The notes: generated by a model from the letters alone, not told the origin. Shown: positions 1 to 14,017, counted from the first letter of the stretch. The stretch: DNA of 64,000 nt from Octopus vulgaris (GCA_951406725.2 OX597821.1:98704001-98768000); one strand, 5' to 3'. Numbers and translations: made by a program.

Positions 1-559
1 TTATTTAACAAAATGTTATTTTTTTCATAGTGAAACTGTTCCATTATTTTAAAATAGAAAATGTGATTTCCTATTTCTGTCTGTTTGTCTGTCTCTCTGT
101 TACATGTCTACTTATATATGTAAAGATTTGATTTCTACAAAAATCTTGATTCGCACCTCCCTGTTTGTGTGTATATATTATCAGTTAGTTGTCCAGAAGT
201 CAGGGTGAAAAAGCACACTCAATATAAATGATGGTACATGTATATTTTTATATCATTAAGTAATATAACTAGTCAGAATGTTACTGTTGGTTTCATATAA
301 AATATTGCCACTGGACATTTGTTAATACAAATCTTCTAACATGTTGATAGTGTTTAGCATCCTTTATGCTGAAGGTGTACAGGGTCTAGATTGGTTGGAT
401 GGTGACAAAAAGTGGAGCAAAACACAGTGAAAAATATTATTTCTAAGGAGAAGAGTTGGTGTTAACCATGGTGAAGCATGTAAGCTGTGTAAATATATAT
501 AATATTCCCCTGTTCAAAAACAGACCTGACCATGTTACAAAATGAATTTGTAGTTATAA

Positions 560-1050
560 GAGCAGCATCTGAAAATTTCTTGTCTTATGTTCATGAAACT
601 GCCTGGATCATGTGAATGTTTTAGAATGATTCTTCTCTCCATCAAACAGAATCTGCATCTTCTCTATGAAGGCAATGCTTTAGCCATTTCTAGAAGTGTG
701 AACAGTCACAATTGGACAGGGCTCACAAAAGACCTGGTATACAACCAAGTTCCACAGGGATCAAGATAACTATAAAAACTAACCTACCTGTAGTTAATTT
801 CCTAGAAATAATGCTTTATTTAGATACAGGTCATACAGACCTTACTGTAAAGTGAACCAGAGGCACCCATACATCAACATAGTTTCCTGTCACTCACCTT
901 TAATGTTTAAAATCCTTGTAAAGCATGTCAGTAGAAGGATCTTGAATCTATCCTCCAGTAAAAATGTTTTCAACACTGCAGCTCACTACTATAGTGAGCG
1001 TTTGGCACCTGGTGAATTTAAAGATCAGCTAGGGCTGTCTTAGACTGATA
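560..1050 (+). mobile_element. Penelope-like element RT fragment, degenerate
   Basis: Peptide HVSRRILNLSSSKNVFNTAAHYY parallels the PLE copies at 40.8 kb and 47.5 kb. Confidence 0.55.
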
Positions 1051-1289
1051 GATAAACATTTCATGCAAGGTCATAGACATACCTTAAGCTGTGCACCTAG
1101 TGCCAAAAAATATATCGGTAGCTCTAAACCATGAGCTGAGGCATGATGCTCATGCAGGGTTTACAGTGAGAGTCCAGTGAATGGTCAATGTAACACAGAA
1201 GCTGTGATCTGTGAACTCTGTAAAAACTGTAAGACATGACATGAAAAGCTGCTATGGAGACTATGAGGCCATAACTAGCATGAAGGGAC

Positions 1290-1510
1290 ACTGCAGGCAT
1301 TCTGACTGTGTCTGCATGCCAGATTTCATCCCGTCTTTGAATGGGGCCTTAAGTATAGTTGAGGAAGACACTAACTGCTCTGCCTGCAACAAGGCCAAGA
1401 TCAAGGAGGTGTGTGAAACTCTTCCTAGGGACACAGTGAAGAATGCATATGTCAAGTTCTAGAGCTGTCTTGATGTCATAATAGAAGCTGAGGGTGACTA
1501 CAATGAGTAA
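1290..1510 (+). mobile_element. Tc1/mariner transposase 3' fragment
   Basis: Resembles the 3' ends of the 9.1-9.3 kb and 43.1-43.3 kb copies (gtcataatagaagctgagggtgacta). Confidence 0.5.
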
Positions 1511-1573
1511 ACAGTCATAATGTAATTGATGTTTTTTGATTTTTTAAATACACACATATATGTGTGTATATTT

Positions 1574-1755
1574 ATCATCGTTTAACGTCCGTTCTCCATG
1601 CTAGCATGGGTTGGACGGTTCGACTGGGGATCTGGGAAGCCAGAAGGCTGCACCAGGCTCCAGTCTGATCTGGCAGTGTTTCTACAGCTGGATGCCCTTC
1701 CTAACGCCAACCACTCCGAGAGTATAGTGGGTGCTTTTTACGTGCCACCGGCACA
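1574..1755 (-). mobile_element. RTE-tail repeat (short copy with (GAT)n end)
   Basis: Near-identical to copies at 2511, 37695, 49591 and 62785; carries the GGCGTTAGGAAGGGCATCCAGC motif. Confidence 0.85.
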
Positions 1756-2089
1756 GGGTATCAAATTAAATACACAATCAAAACAGCTACTAATAGTTTT
1801 ATGCTATTATGATCCTTGAACAGGCATATTTATAAAATACACCATGTACCTAAAAGCAATCTTTCAGGCCGTTTATGTGTTATATATAAGTTTTAAAAAC
1901 AAGGATGCCGGTCTGTAAGAAAACAAGAAAAAACGTAAAGGTTGGTGCAAAAAATGGAATGAAAAAAAGAAATTAAATCAAGTATTACGATCCTTATCAT
2001 CACTAATTGCAGAAAGCTCATTAAATACAACTGGTTTAGAACATAATAACATAAAATATGTCTAAGTCTGTGAGACTCAATCTTGAACA

Positions 2090-2478
2090 GGTAGTGCCAT
2101 CCAATGTGACGAAAGGAACCAGTCCATGTGTCTACACCTGCTAAAAATATCAGACCTCGAATGAAGCAATGTGCTGTAATTGCTGGATTGAAGAAGAATA
2201 TGAGATCTTTCTGCTAGACATAAGCTGCATTTCTTAGATCTGTTAACACATGACTTGGATTTCTCTACTTAATTGCGTGTGGTGTGGAGCCGCTCTTCAG
2301 ATTCCATACGTGGCTAGCCAACTTAGTTGCATTACTTTTATTAATGTGCTGGAAAATAAGGTGGTTTGCATAACATCTCTTGAATTCATCCTCATATAAA
2401 CCGATGTAATTCTTCTTTTCAACTTTTCAATTGATTTGTCTTGGAACGTAGCTGTAACTTCAGCCTCATATATGATGG

Positions 2479-2482
<4 letters not shown>
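2090..2482 (-). mobile_element. Penelope-like element GIY-YIG endonuclease fragment
   Basis: Minus strand reads SIIYEAEV..NYIGLYEDEFKRCYANH..NATKLASHVWNLK..KKCSLCLAER. Confidence 0.75.
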
Positions 2483-2510
<28 letters not shown>

Positions 2511-2513
<3 letters not shown>

Positions 2514-2865
2514 TCATCATCATTTAGTGTCCTCTTTCCATGCTAGCATGGGTTGGATGGTTCAACTGGGGTCTGGGAAGCCAGAAGGCTGCACCAGGCC
2601 CAGGCTGATCTGGCAATGTTTTTACGGCTGGATGCCCTTCCTAACGCCAACCACTCCGTGAGCGTAGTGGGTGCTTTTTACGTGCCACCTGCACAGGTGC
2701 CAGACGGGGCTGGCAAACGGCCATGGTCGGATGGTGCTTTTTACGTGCCACTGGCACGGAGGCTCGTCGGGGCGGCGCTGGCAACGGCCACATTCGGATG
2801 GTTCGCTTATGGCACTGGTATCACAGCTACAATTTCCATTGATGTTGATCGATTTCGATTTTGAT
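2511..2865 (-). mobile_element. RTE-tail repeat with tandem GTGGCACGTAAAAAGCACC subrepeats
   Basis: Matches 62785-63178 in the opposite orientation; (GAT)n tail. Confidence 0.85.
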
Positions 2866-3049
2866 AACACATACACACACACACAGAGGACATGTGAGGT
2901 ATTTCATAACATCTCTAATCTAGCAAAAACCAAATGCTTTTTGATAAAAATTTTTATTCATAAGCTTTCTTTCAAGAATATTTTATGACTTCACCTTCAA
3001 AAACTGATTCATTGTGGGACTGGGATTGTCAAGATGCCTGCACTAAATG

Positions 3050-3860
3050 GTTCTTATTCATTTCAGACATCACCTAAACAATGGCAACCTTCAGTCAAGC
3101 TATGATATTGTGAGGATGTCAATTAATCTCATCTTTCAACAATATAGTGAGTTCGTGGGATTTAAGTATGGTAACTTTGAAAGCTACAAGTTTGGTGTTA
3201 CATGAGTGTAAAGATTGAATGACATCCATTTTATAGTTACAAGGGCTTCGTGAGGTGCTGAGTCTTGTTAAAACATGTACGGCTATCCACTGTGTACTTC
3301 ATCCATCCAGGGCTTAAACCAGTGCTTTTCAAACTTTTTGCTGGAGCGGAACCCCAAGGAAACATTCCACTGGCTCGAGGAACCCCTGTGCAATAATTTA
3401 ATAATCTTATGCACACATATCTGCACAGGAGAATTAAAAATTACTGCCAATTTTAGCAGTTTTGTAACTTCTTGCGGAATCCCTGGACGGTACTGGCGGA
3501 ACCCTGGTTGAAAACCACTGGCTAAAACAATCATCTCCAACATTAATTCTAAGACCCTGTGGAAAAATGTGAAATAGCATGACATGACTTTCATTAATCA
3601 CCACTCCTGAAGCCATCACAATTGCAGGAAACTTAGTGTGGGTCATTCCAGGGACATGAGAATGATCTGTACATAATCATTTCTTCTGTTAGACTTTTGG
3701 TCTTGTCTTGACTGAAGATTTTCTTTTCAGAGAAGAACCAAAGAATGCCATGTCGTTGCAGACATGAATTAGCCTCTTCTCAGTATGTCTGATTTGTATC
3801 AAATGTTGCTATGCACCATAGTTTCAGTAGTTCCACTCTGACTGCAAAAGTTCTTTGGTG
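3050..3860 (-). mobile_element. Tc1/mariner-superfamily transposase relic interrupted by a hAT MITE
   Basis: WFFSE..MTHTKFPAIVMASGVVINESHVM..FPQGLRIN is homologous to the 8.4-9.3 kb copy. Confidence 0.7.
3320..3520. mobile_element. hAT (Charlie-like) MITE, 201 bp
   Basis: CAGTG...CACTG terminal inverted repeats (TIRs); 8-bp TSD gcttaaac/gctaaaac; near-identical copy at 63495. Confidence 0.9.
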
Positions 3861-3889
3861 ATGGCCATAATTAATTTTCTCAGATCATC

Positions 3890-4250
3890 ACTATAGCTGA
3901 GTGATAAAAATTTTGCTTCCCAATCACATAGTTCTGAGTTCAGTCCCACTGTATAGCACCTTGGCAGGTGTCTTCTATTACAACTCCAGGTCAACCAAAG
4001 CCTTGTGAGTGGATTTGGTAGACAAAAACCGAAAGAAGTCTGTTATGTATATCTTTTTCTCCTTGTCCTTGACATTACACAATAGTTGTAAATGAGTGTC
4101 ACTGTCATACAAGCAGTACCATTCATTTCAAATATTCTGAGAACATGTTTGGTTTGGAAACAGGTGAGGATTGGCAACAGGAAGGGTATCTAGTCATAGA
4201 AAATCTGCCCATGCAAGCATATAAAAATGGATATTAAAATGATGATCATC
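3890..4250 (+). mobile_element. Diverged tRNA-derived CORE-type SINE with (GAT)n tail
   Basis: Head similar to the 14018 copy; tail has the GGAAGGGTATC motif shared with the RTE-tail repeat. Related copy at 10279-10890. Confidence 0.7.
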
Positions 4251-5030
4251 AATGTTTTGAAACTTGGATGAACTGTAGTCTCTGAATGTTTTTTTTTGCT
4301 CTTTGATAGTTGAAACATCCCTGCCAGAGACTTCCAATTCTATCCATAATCTTAAGAAGACATTTGAATTATGCATCAGAATTTTAAAAAATATCAACCT
4401 GCATGCCTTTATAAGAGAGAAAACATTAAAATATTTCAACTGATTATTACATACTTTTTATAAGGCTTGTTTTTTATTATAAAAATTAAGATACAAAATA
4501 ACAGACCTCTCTCACCTAAATAATATAAAGTTCAAATAATGATGTATGACTGGGAGTTTATAATTATATCTATTGCAATGTGGATATTACTTTTAATTAC
4601 CATTACAGAGACAGGTACACATCAGTACTGAAACTTTAAATTATGCCATCTGTCATCATATAATGTCTGTGTTTCCGATATGGGTTGGATGGTTTGACAG
4701 GATTTGGTGGACTCAACGACCACATCATGTTCTAGTGTCTACTTTGGCATGGTTTCTTGGTTAGATGCTCTTCCTAATACCAACCACTTTAAAGAACTAG
4801 TGAGGTCACCATGCTGCTTACAAAATTATAAACCTTGATGGGGCAACTTTTGTATTGAGGGATGTCTCGATAATAGTCTTGTAACTTTGAAATATTGGTA
4901 TGGATCTTGGAAAATTTGTATCAGATTCTTCTATTACAATAAAAGTGTGAAGCTTTGAAAATACATAAATATCAAACATTTATATTAATAAATACCACAA
5001 AGTTAAGTAACACTTCATGCACTCACACAC

Positions 5031-6568
5031 TTAGTGAATCAAATCCCAGCTTAGATTTTCACATTTCATTTTCATATTTTCAAAGGTTAATTGTATCTTT
5101 TACAACAATCTTCAGATAAATCTTTACAGAGCAAACAGTGGCTATAAATAGGTGACATTGTATTGTTAAAGGAAAATAATCTATAAAATACTTCCAGTAT
5201 TACAAAAGTTTCTTTTTAGTGAATGTTATTTTTAAACCAAATTAAATTCAGATAAATATTGTCTGTTCAAACTGGTTCAAACTTCAATAAAATTCTTTTC
5301 TTTTTGCCCTACTTTTAACTTTGAGTCATAAAGTTTATAAAATGGAAATATTAAAAAAAGATTATTGCTGCATGTTTCTAAATGTCAATTTAATGAGGTA
5401 TGTCTGAGATCAGGGCCTCTAAATTGCTGCCTGCGTACTTGCATGTGATATGATAATTAACTTTCAGTCTGGCCGTAGTTCCTCACAATTCAGGCATTTG
5501 ATATTTGAATCTTCCAGAACATATTAAGAACAAATAGATACATTATTGTTTGGATTCTCACTGTTCTACATGCACCCTATGAATAATTATCTGTTTGGCA
5601 GACATCATCAAATAATTTGTTTGCTGATTATGAGAAACAAGTCATCAGATATTCACATGTGAACCTTTTTTTTTCACTTACCATCTTCTTTGCCCACTAT
5701 TCCTGAGAGGGTCATGGGAGTAAAGTCCTCAGGCACCTCTTCCATTGGATCCAATCAGAAGCAACTGTCATTAGACCTTCCTGTTGGATTCCTAAGTGCA
5801 ACCAACTGAGTCTATGGAAATAATACAATTTTTTAAATATTTCCATTTTATAAACTTTATGGCTCAAAGTTAAAAGTAGGGCAAAAAAGCGTCCCTAAAG
5901 TCCATCCCCTCCTCACCGTGATGGGGACGCTGGCAACGGGTAGTGTCAGAGCTATGCCGTCGGGAACTTCGATTCCTGGTAGGGCCACCCAAGGCAGATT
6001 GGTCTGACACCGAGTGGTATTAGGGCCACAACCTGGCAGATGGGACTCTGGTAAAAATCCTCGGAGTGACTGTTTCGGCAACCGGCGACTCCTCGGTCGT
6101 TCTATCCCTGCATCTGCGGACAATCTGCGGCAAACAGGATGTCTCTACATGCGAGATTGTTGAGGACCGCTTGTGAAATTCATATTCCCCACAAAACTTC
6201 TTCCACTGCCATGGTTCGAGATGCCTCGAGGGTGGTGGAAGAAGCCGACTCAACCCACCCAGGGTGAATGTCGCCACAAGTACAAGTACAAGTAAGTAAG
6301 GGCAAAAAGAAAAGAATTTTATTGAAGTTCAAGCCAATTCTGAACAGACAATATTTATTTGAATTTAATTTGATTTAAAAATAACATTGATTAGAAAACT
6401 TTTGTAATACTGGAAGTATTTTATAGATTTTCTTCCTTTAGCAATACAATGTCACCTATTTATAGCTACTGCTTGCTATGTAAATGTTTACCTGAGGATT
6501 GTTGTAAAAAATACAATTAACCTGTGAAACTTAAATGTGAAAATCTATGTTGGGATTTGATTCACTAA
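5031..6568. repeat. Inverted duplication: ~335-bp arms at 5031-5365 and ~5829-6568 (right arm interrupted)
   Basis: The arms are reverse complements throughout, e.g. ttagtgaatcaaatccca / tgggatttgattcactaa and gctataaataggtgacattgtattg / caatacaatgtcacctatttatagc. Confidence 0.9.
5889..6298 (+). mobile_element. GC-rich ~410-bp non-autonomous RTE-derived retroposon
   Basis: (CAAGTA)n tail; TSD agggcaaaaa (5878/6299); the empty site is visible in the other arm of the inverted repeat; RTE-like 5' UTR motif ggtagggccacccaaggcaga. Confidence 0.75.
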
Positions 6569-8379
6569 TATGTATGTGCACACATACGCATACATCATAT
6601 ATACATATGTTTGCATGTAGGGCAGCAGTTCTTGATTGGTTGCTTGTTTTCTAAGTGTCTCCTGAAGGGTTCAGCACAGTTGTCACCCATGGCCCTTTTC
6701 CTTTCTCCTGCTGATGCACCTGCTGATTCTGTTTTTTGCATATCAATGCTCTAACTGCCACAAGACATGGCCAGCTAATTGCATTTTGTTTCTGTAGCTT
6801 AGAGTCTTATAAAAATGTATTTACTTTAACTCTGAAAATATAACTCATGAAGAATCAACTGTAGCTTTAGCTGCTGGAAGTGAAGATCATTCAACTAGTT
6901 TTATCTCTCAGAGATAGTTTGCCTTTACTTCTACTGAAGCTAAGAAGAATATATCTTCTCATGAAAAATGTAGACAATAACTAGTACAAAGAAATTTACT
7001 TAATGGTTTAACCTTGACAGCTAATATTTAAAAAGGAAATTAATAGACAAGTCGCTTTGATATGATTTAAAGCTGTGGATATTGAAATTAGCTGTCTAGA
7101 TATATGACAAATATTTATTTTACGAACCATTAAATTATATTCAATAAGGCTCCTCACTTTACACTTTTACACCCTTTATCAATAAAGCGTGACATATTTG
7201 ATTTTAGTGTGACTTATTGGATCATAGAAACCATTGTGTTGTCTCCATTCTATATTTTGCTTTATACATTGATTTGATGCCATATTTTATTTTGGCAACA
7301 GCTGAGTAAATCTGAAGTCAATACTTTTGTAAAATGTTCAACATAGCTAATATGTTGCTTCCAAATCCTTATATTATTGCATCTTTTGTATCACTAAGTG
7401 AAGGTGAATAGCTTTTGCCTGGAGTTGTAAATTTTTCAGGGCCTAAAGTCTTCTGAGTCTTTGCTTAAGTTGCAAAGCAGAATTAGCTGGGATTAATAAG
7501 TACAATAAAAAGCAAAATTTATGCCTAATCAAAGAGGAAAGGTTTCCTTTCTACTTATTTGATACTGTGCACAATATTTGAGTTATTTCTTGATGACATA
7601 TTTTCTGAAAGTTGATGTAACCTGGGAACTTAATACCCTTATGATGACAGTGTTGTATGTAGGTACGTAATCCCAAATTTTATGATCTTTGTATTGTAAC
7701 AGATTTACTATTATTAATGATGCACTTTCTCAGTCATGCATGAAATTTTTATGCTTGTCCTTAACAATAATGTCTAATCTATTGGTTTCAATTTCTTTGT
7801 CATAAAAGAGTCATACTTTAATTTTCAGTAACTGCTTTTGGCTGGTGTTCATACAACTTGTCTACTGTGTTTATTTTATATTCTTAACTAATCTTTCAGT
7901 GCAGGTAAACCGCAATAGGATCTGTTGCTGTTGACACCCAGAAATAGAATTATAGATTGTTTCTTCATATTGGGGTTAGTTTCATCAATGTTGATTGTAA
8001 GGTCTTGTGATGAGATTAATGACTTGTGCAGTGATGATCAAAATCATTCATCCTGGCTTTTATTCAAATACATTTGAACCACTGAATTGTTCTTCTACCC
8101 CTCTACCTTGTTAGCTTTGTTTGAATACTTGTTATACAACTTATTCCAATTTTACTGTAGTTTTTCCTGATCATGAATTCTTTGAACAGAAGTGTCTTTC
8201 TATCCAAATCTCTATACATCTTATCTACTAATTTCAGTCATAGATCCCAGTACTTATTTTGGTCACTTTTGATGAATCTCTAAATTACAGGGATGTAAAC
8301 AAACCAGCACCGGTTGTTGAGCAGTGGCAGGGAACAAATACAAATGCCACACACACACACACCACACAGGGTATATCAG

Positions 8380-9310
8380 CCATTTGAGAACAAAACTTTT
8401 GCCAAACACAGTGATTCTGATTTTGCAACATTCCTAAATGTTGCCAAGTCCGTTGTGCTGAAGCTCAGAAAAAAGCTCTTGGCCTCTTATGGGAATGTCT
8501 TCCATAGCCAAAAGAAAAAAAGCATTCTTAACAAACATTGTCAATAAAGTCAAGTTTGTCCAGTAAGTTCAAGGCATCATGATCGAGAATTCCAGTAAGT
8601 CACTGACAGCCAATCATCTCCATGTGTCAGAGTCAACAGTTAAATGTGTGGTGCATGAAGAAGACATTAGATTACAAATCATACATTATGAGGGGAGGGA
8701 AATTCATGTCCAATAAAACCCGGGAGAACCACTTGCTAAACAAACTCAAACATTACAAGGAACCTAGCATGTGCCGGTTCTTCTCAGATGAGAACTTTGT
8801 TCAAGATCAAAAAGAGAACAGGAGGTATGACAGATGTCTCTGTGTAAGCCCCATTGATGTCCCATCTGTTATGCACACCAAATTCCTCTAGCCTGGGATG
8901 GCCTTGGAGGTCATGTCATGCCTCTACACGTTTTCCCTGGGTTACATGGCAGCCTATATCAAGACAATGAAGAGTTGTCAAGCCATGGATCGAGTGAATT
9001 GTTGAGAGGAGGTTGCATGTGTTCCAGCAAGACTCTGCTCCTTCTCATACAACTTGCATAGCTCAGGAGTGGATCACTGAAAATGTTCGCAATCATGTTA
9101 CCCTTAACATTTGGCCTCCTACCCCCTGGACTGCTTCATCAAAGGGTATCATTGAAAGGGAGACCAATGAGTAGGTCCACAAGACTAAAAATTTGTTGAT
9201 GTTGTCTGCTATACCCAACATGAATAAAGATCATCTGATCAACACATTTAATCATTTCAGAAGCCTGATTGAGGCAATAATCAAGGCTGATAGTGGTTTT
9301 ATTAAATAAC
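8380..9310 (+). mobile_element. Tc1/mariner-superfamily transposase pseudogene
   Basis: FFSDE..QDQKENRRYDR..VMHTKF, FQQDSAPSHT and WPP motifs, with stops and frameshifts. Confidence 0.8.
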
Positions 9311-9579
9311 CTTTTGCTTTGTGTTTGTAAGAAAGTGTATAATATATTCTATGAAAATATGCTGGAGATTTTAATAACTGTTTTGTTTTCCTTAAATTAA
9401 AATTTTGTTCCTGTAACATAGTGGCTCAGCAAAAGAGACCAATAGAATAAGTACCAGGCTTTAGAAAAAGTCCTGGGGTCAATTTGTTCAACTAATGTCC
9501 TTAAAGGTAGTACCCCAGTATGGTTGCAATCAAATGAGTGAAACAAGTAAAAGAAAGATGAAGATAAAACAGCTGACAC

Positions 9580-9612
<33 letters not shown>

Positions 9613-9613
9613 A

Positions 9614-9665
<52 letters not shown>

Positions 9666-10278
9666 TACATACAATAGGCTTCCATACAGTTTGTTGACAA
9701 ATTTCACTTTCAAGGTTTTGGTTCCCTGGGGCTATGGTAGAAGACACTACCTGCCCAATATGATATGCAGAGGGACTGAACCCGAAACCACATGGTTGTC
9801 AAGTGAGCTTCTTAACCACACATCCATGCCAGTGCATTAAATAAGAACAAGTTGGGCACAGAGGTTGATGTATCAATGATCCCCTTCCCCTAAAATTGCT
9901 GGCCTTGCACCAAAATTTGAAACCATTACATTTATTCAACCTGAATTCAAATTAATCACTTTGTTATAAATAATAAATCTTTTGAATGCCTTCCTGAATT
10001 TCCTACAGTTTGACAAGCTATGATTAAAATCCATATTTATTGCTATTCAGGAGATTGTTGGGTGTAGTGAACTTTATGAGAAGTATGTTAATTAAGTTCC
10101 ATCGAACATCACTTCTGATGTTAATTTATGTTTATACAAGTTAGTCCGAGTGAGGAAAATTTAGTGTTGTCTTCTATTTTATGATGTTCTCTGAACATTT
10201 TCAATGATTATCTGACAATGTAAACTTCTTAAATGATGAATAGGATATACTGTGAAAATCAGTTTTAGAAGTGATTGT

Positions 10279-10890
10279 AGGCACAGGTATGGCTGTGTGG
10301 TTAAGAAGTTCACTTCCAATTCATGTGATTTTGGGTTCAGTCACATTGTTTGGCACCTTGGGCAAATGTCTTCTAATAGCTCTGGACCAACCAAAACCTT
10401 GTGAGTGGATTTGGTAGACAGAAACTGAAGCCATCTCCAAGTAGCTTGTCAGACAAGACCCTGCAGCTGAGTGAGGTATTATACTGAAGGAGGTGCAAGT
10501 ATGGTAGAAGGACAGGAATAGGTGTCTAGCTGAAGAGGAGATATATATAGCCTCCTCAGCCGGAAAGAGAAAGAGAGAAATGGTGAGAACATACCCTCAA
10601 GGTACAAGGTGAATATAAAAGAGAGAGAGAAGGGATAAACAGAAAGGTGAGTGTGTGTTGCCTTGTCTTGAAATTGCATAATAGTTGTAAATGAGTGTCA
10701 CTGTCAAACAAGCAATATCCATCTTTACTAGTCTTTTATAGAAATGTCCAGCCATAAGGAAATAATACCTTGCTTGGAAACAGGTAAGAGTTGATGATAG
10801 GAAGACATCCAGATGTACAAAACCTGTTTCAATGAATTCTGTCTAACTCACACAAGCATGGAAAAATGAATGTTAAAAAGGATGATGCAT
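10279..10890 (+). mobile_element. CORE-type SINE with internal ~220-bp insertion
   Basis: tRNA-like head GGCTGTGTGGTTAAG..GGTTCAGTC, CORE-like CACCTTGGGCAA, (GAT)n end. Confidence 0.7.
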
Positions 10891-12619
10891 ACTAAATCAA
10901 ATTATTTCTCCCTAATTTTGTTGGTAGCTAATATGTTTCATTTAAAAAGTTCTTTTTTGAAACCTACTGTTAAAAAGTTGTTATTTTTCAAAAAAGTATA
11001 CACATATACTCTCATTGATACTTAAAGAACACATGTACTTTGTTTGAGAATGGTTGATTGACCTATACTTACACATCTTTTTTGTGCCCCAATGTTAAAA
11101 CCTTTCTCCTTCAATAAAAATACAGACTGGTGTTAGGAAGGGCATCCAGCTGTAGAAATGGAGCCAAAACAGACTGGAGCCTGGCACAGCTCTCCAGCTT
11201 ACCAGTTCCGGTCAAACTAATCCATGGAAAATGGATGCTAAATGATGATGATTCAAAACATTTAATAGCTTTTCTTCCTTATGGCATATCCTCTCATTTG
11301 AACTCTAGTTTCTTGGATTTCTTTCTCTATGGAAATTTACCATTGAATCACAAGACATTATTCTCCCTGTGTGGCTCCTTATTACAATTGACTACATTCC
11401 TCATCAGAACACTGTAAACCATTAATGAATGGTGATCAGATTCTTGATTCAGAAATTAGTAATTAAAATTTATCTCCATCAACCTGCATTGATGTCTGTC
11501 GACTTTTCATATCTCAGGCTTGACTTAAGTAATTTTAGACTTATGCAGTTCCCTTTTTGTATCAATTAATATCACAGTTTACTTAGTTCATCTCATCTGT
11601 CATCTTAAATATTCTTTGATTTTGATTGCTTTCTTGTTTGTGGCTGTTATATTTCTGTAGAATATGGAACCCTTCAGTTGTGTCTTTTTTAATTGTTTTC
11701 AGGAAATCTTTGTGAATTGTTTTCTAAGGTTTTAAAATTCTTTTCTGAGTAGATTTAGGCGGAATATCAAATTTCCCTTTTAATTATTGACTTGATATAT
11801 TAGTTCTTTTAGCCTAATGTCTATTTTCATTAAATCTGCAACAGCCATCATTTTATCATGGCATTTTATAGTTCCAGTTTTAGCTTAGATTTTAACTGTT
11901 TTACATTTTCTGTTGTTTTTTCTTTCTTTCAGGCCTCTACCACCTATGTCAGATTGTGAATGTATATTCGAAATGCAGTCATTATTTTTCTTGTTTTCCT
12001 ACTTCATTTACGGAGATGTACTTGCATAGCAAGTGATTTGATCTGAGATCATGTGCTGAAACGAAAACAATTGCAGCATGGAAGGTGTTTGTAAGCCATT
12101 TAAGAAACACACAAAAGCCGTTCGATTCACTTCAACATTTAAGTTTAATTTGTCAAAATATTTTCGTCGCTTTAAGACCCCGACCTGGTCACTGACAAAA
12201 ATCCGTGCTGCATCCCTTCATTTAGTGTCCAATAAAGAATATAATAACTCTAACTTATAATTAGGACATCTAGAATATTCATGCATATTACTGATTCTTT
12301 TTCATTTGGCTGTTTTTAAGTATTATTCATTCATCTATAATATTTCTTCTTATTTTTTCTTAATTTGTGTTTGTTATACTCTATATAGTTCATTGATTCC
12401 TAAGTATTTATATATCTGCATTTGGTTTGGTTATCTTATTTCAGTTTCTTTATCTAGTACAATAGTGTTCTTAATAAGTTTTCCTCTCTTCAAGATTGTT
12501 TTAGTACATTTTCTAAGCCAAATGTCATTATTGTTATTACTATTTCCATTTCACTTTCAAAACTCTCAATTTTACTTGTTCTGGTTAATTCTGTAAACCA
12601 AATCTCATAATAATTTTTT

Positions 12620-12830
12620 CAACTATAGGAACAAGGCCTGAATTTTGGTGGGAGGTGGATAGCCAATTACATCAATCCTAGTACTCATTTGGTACATATG
12701 TTATCGACCCTGAAAGGGTGAAAGGCAAAGTCAACCTTAGTGACATTTAAACTCAGAACATAAAGGTGGACCAGATGCTATTAAGCATTTTCCCCAGGGC
12801 TATAATGATTCTGCCAACTCAATGCCTTAC
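12620..12830 (-). mobile_element. Nin/Deu-domain tRNA SINE, diverged
   Basis: Minus strand GTTGACTTTGCCTTTCACCCTTTCAGGGTCGATAA, as in the other family members. Confidence 0.75.
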
Positions 12831-13031
12831 CATATCTCATAATCATAATTATTATTATTTCTATTTTGCTTCTCAGAGCTCATGATTTTACTTTCTCCAG
12901 TTAATTTTGTAAGAGTAGACAGCAATCTGTTATCAAAGGTCTCACAGGGTCACTTTCCACAATATTTAACACCCAAAACTCAATCTCAAAACTTAAAAAA
13001 TTTTAGGCCTTGTGCCTATAGTAGAAAGGAC

Positions 13032-13075
<44 letters not shown>

Positions 13076-13720
13076 CAGACATTAATGAGAAAGGTATGTT
13101 CAATCTTGTGTCAGTAAAATTCTTGAACTTTTCAGCTTTCATCTGAATTGGGGGAATAGAGGGAAAAAATCCTGATGGCCACACTTCCTGCAATCATTTT
13201 TCCACTTGATCTTGACTGGGCTATTAAAGTTTACTTTCCTTTGTGTTTATACCTTTACAAACAATATCTACTTTTTAGGTTGTGATGTACATCAGTGATT
13301 GGAAATTTCATGAATATTGCGGAGTCATGTGACATTACTCTTTATTTTTGTTACTCTTTTTCTTGTTTCAGTCATTTGACTGCGGCCATGCTGGAGCACC
13401 GCCTGTAGTCAAGCAACTCGACCCTAGGACTTATTCTTTGTAAGCCCAGTACTTATTCTATCGGTCTCTTTTGCCGAACCGCTAAGTGACAGGGACATAA
13501 ACACACCAGCATCAGTTGTCAAGCAATGCTAGGGGGACAAACACAGACACACAAACATACACGCACACACATATATATATATACATATACGACGGGTTTC
13601 TTTCAGTTTGTCAGTTTCCTTAGGGAAAAAAGAAAAGAAAAAAAATAACACGGAACCTTGAGAAGAAATAATAATATTCAAAGATGGATACAACACAGGG
13701 AGTAGAACAAGGTTTAACTG

Positions 13721-13724
<4 letters not shown>

Positions 13725-13792
<68 letters not shown>
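13725..13792. repeat. (GA)n microsatellite
   Basis: Perfect dinucleotide run. Confidence 0.95.
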
Positions 13793-13798
<6 letters not shown>

Positions 13799-14017
13799 TG
13801 TAAAGAAGAAAATGAGTTCCTGCTTTAGCTATGGCAATGACACTTTGTCAAAAAGAAAAACAAATTGGTGAAGTCTGCTTCAAATCAACTTGCTGACTAA
13901 AACAAAAATCAGCAACAATGAAACCAGAAGGAAAACTTTATTTGCCTCTATAACTACTGATGAGTGGATCATATAATTATTCAGCCACAAGAAAGAATAT
14001 GTAATGAAATAACGAAT

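Noticed and set aside
6620-8200. Possible LINE relic on the minus strand
   Set aside because: No motif could be read reliably enough to call.
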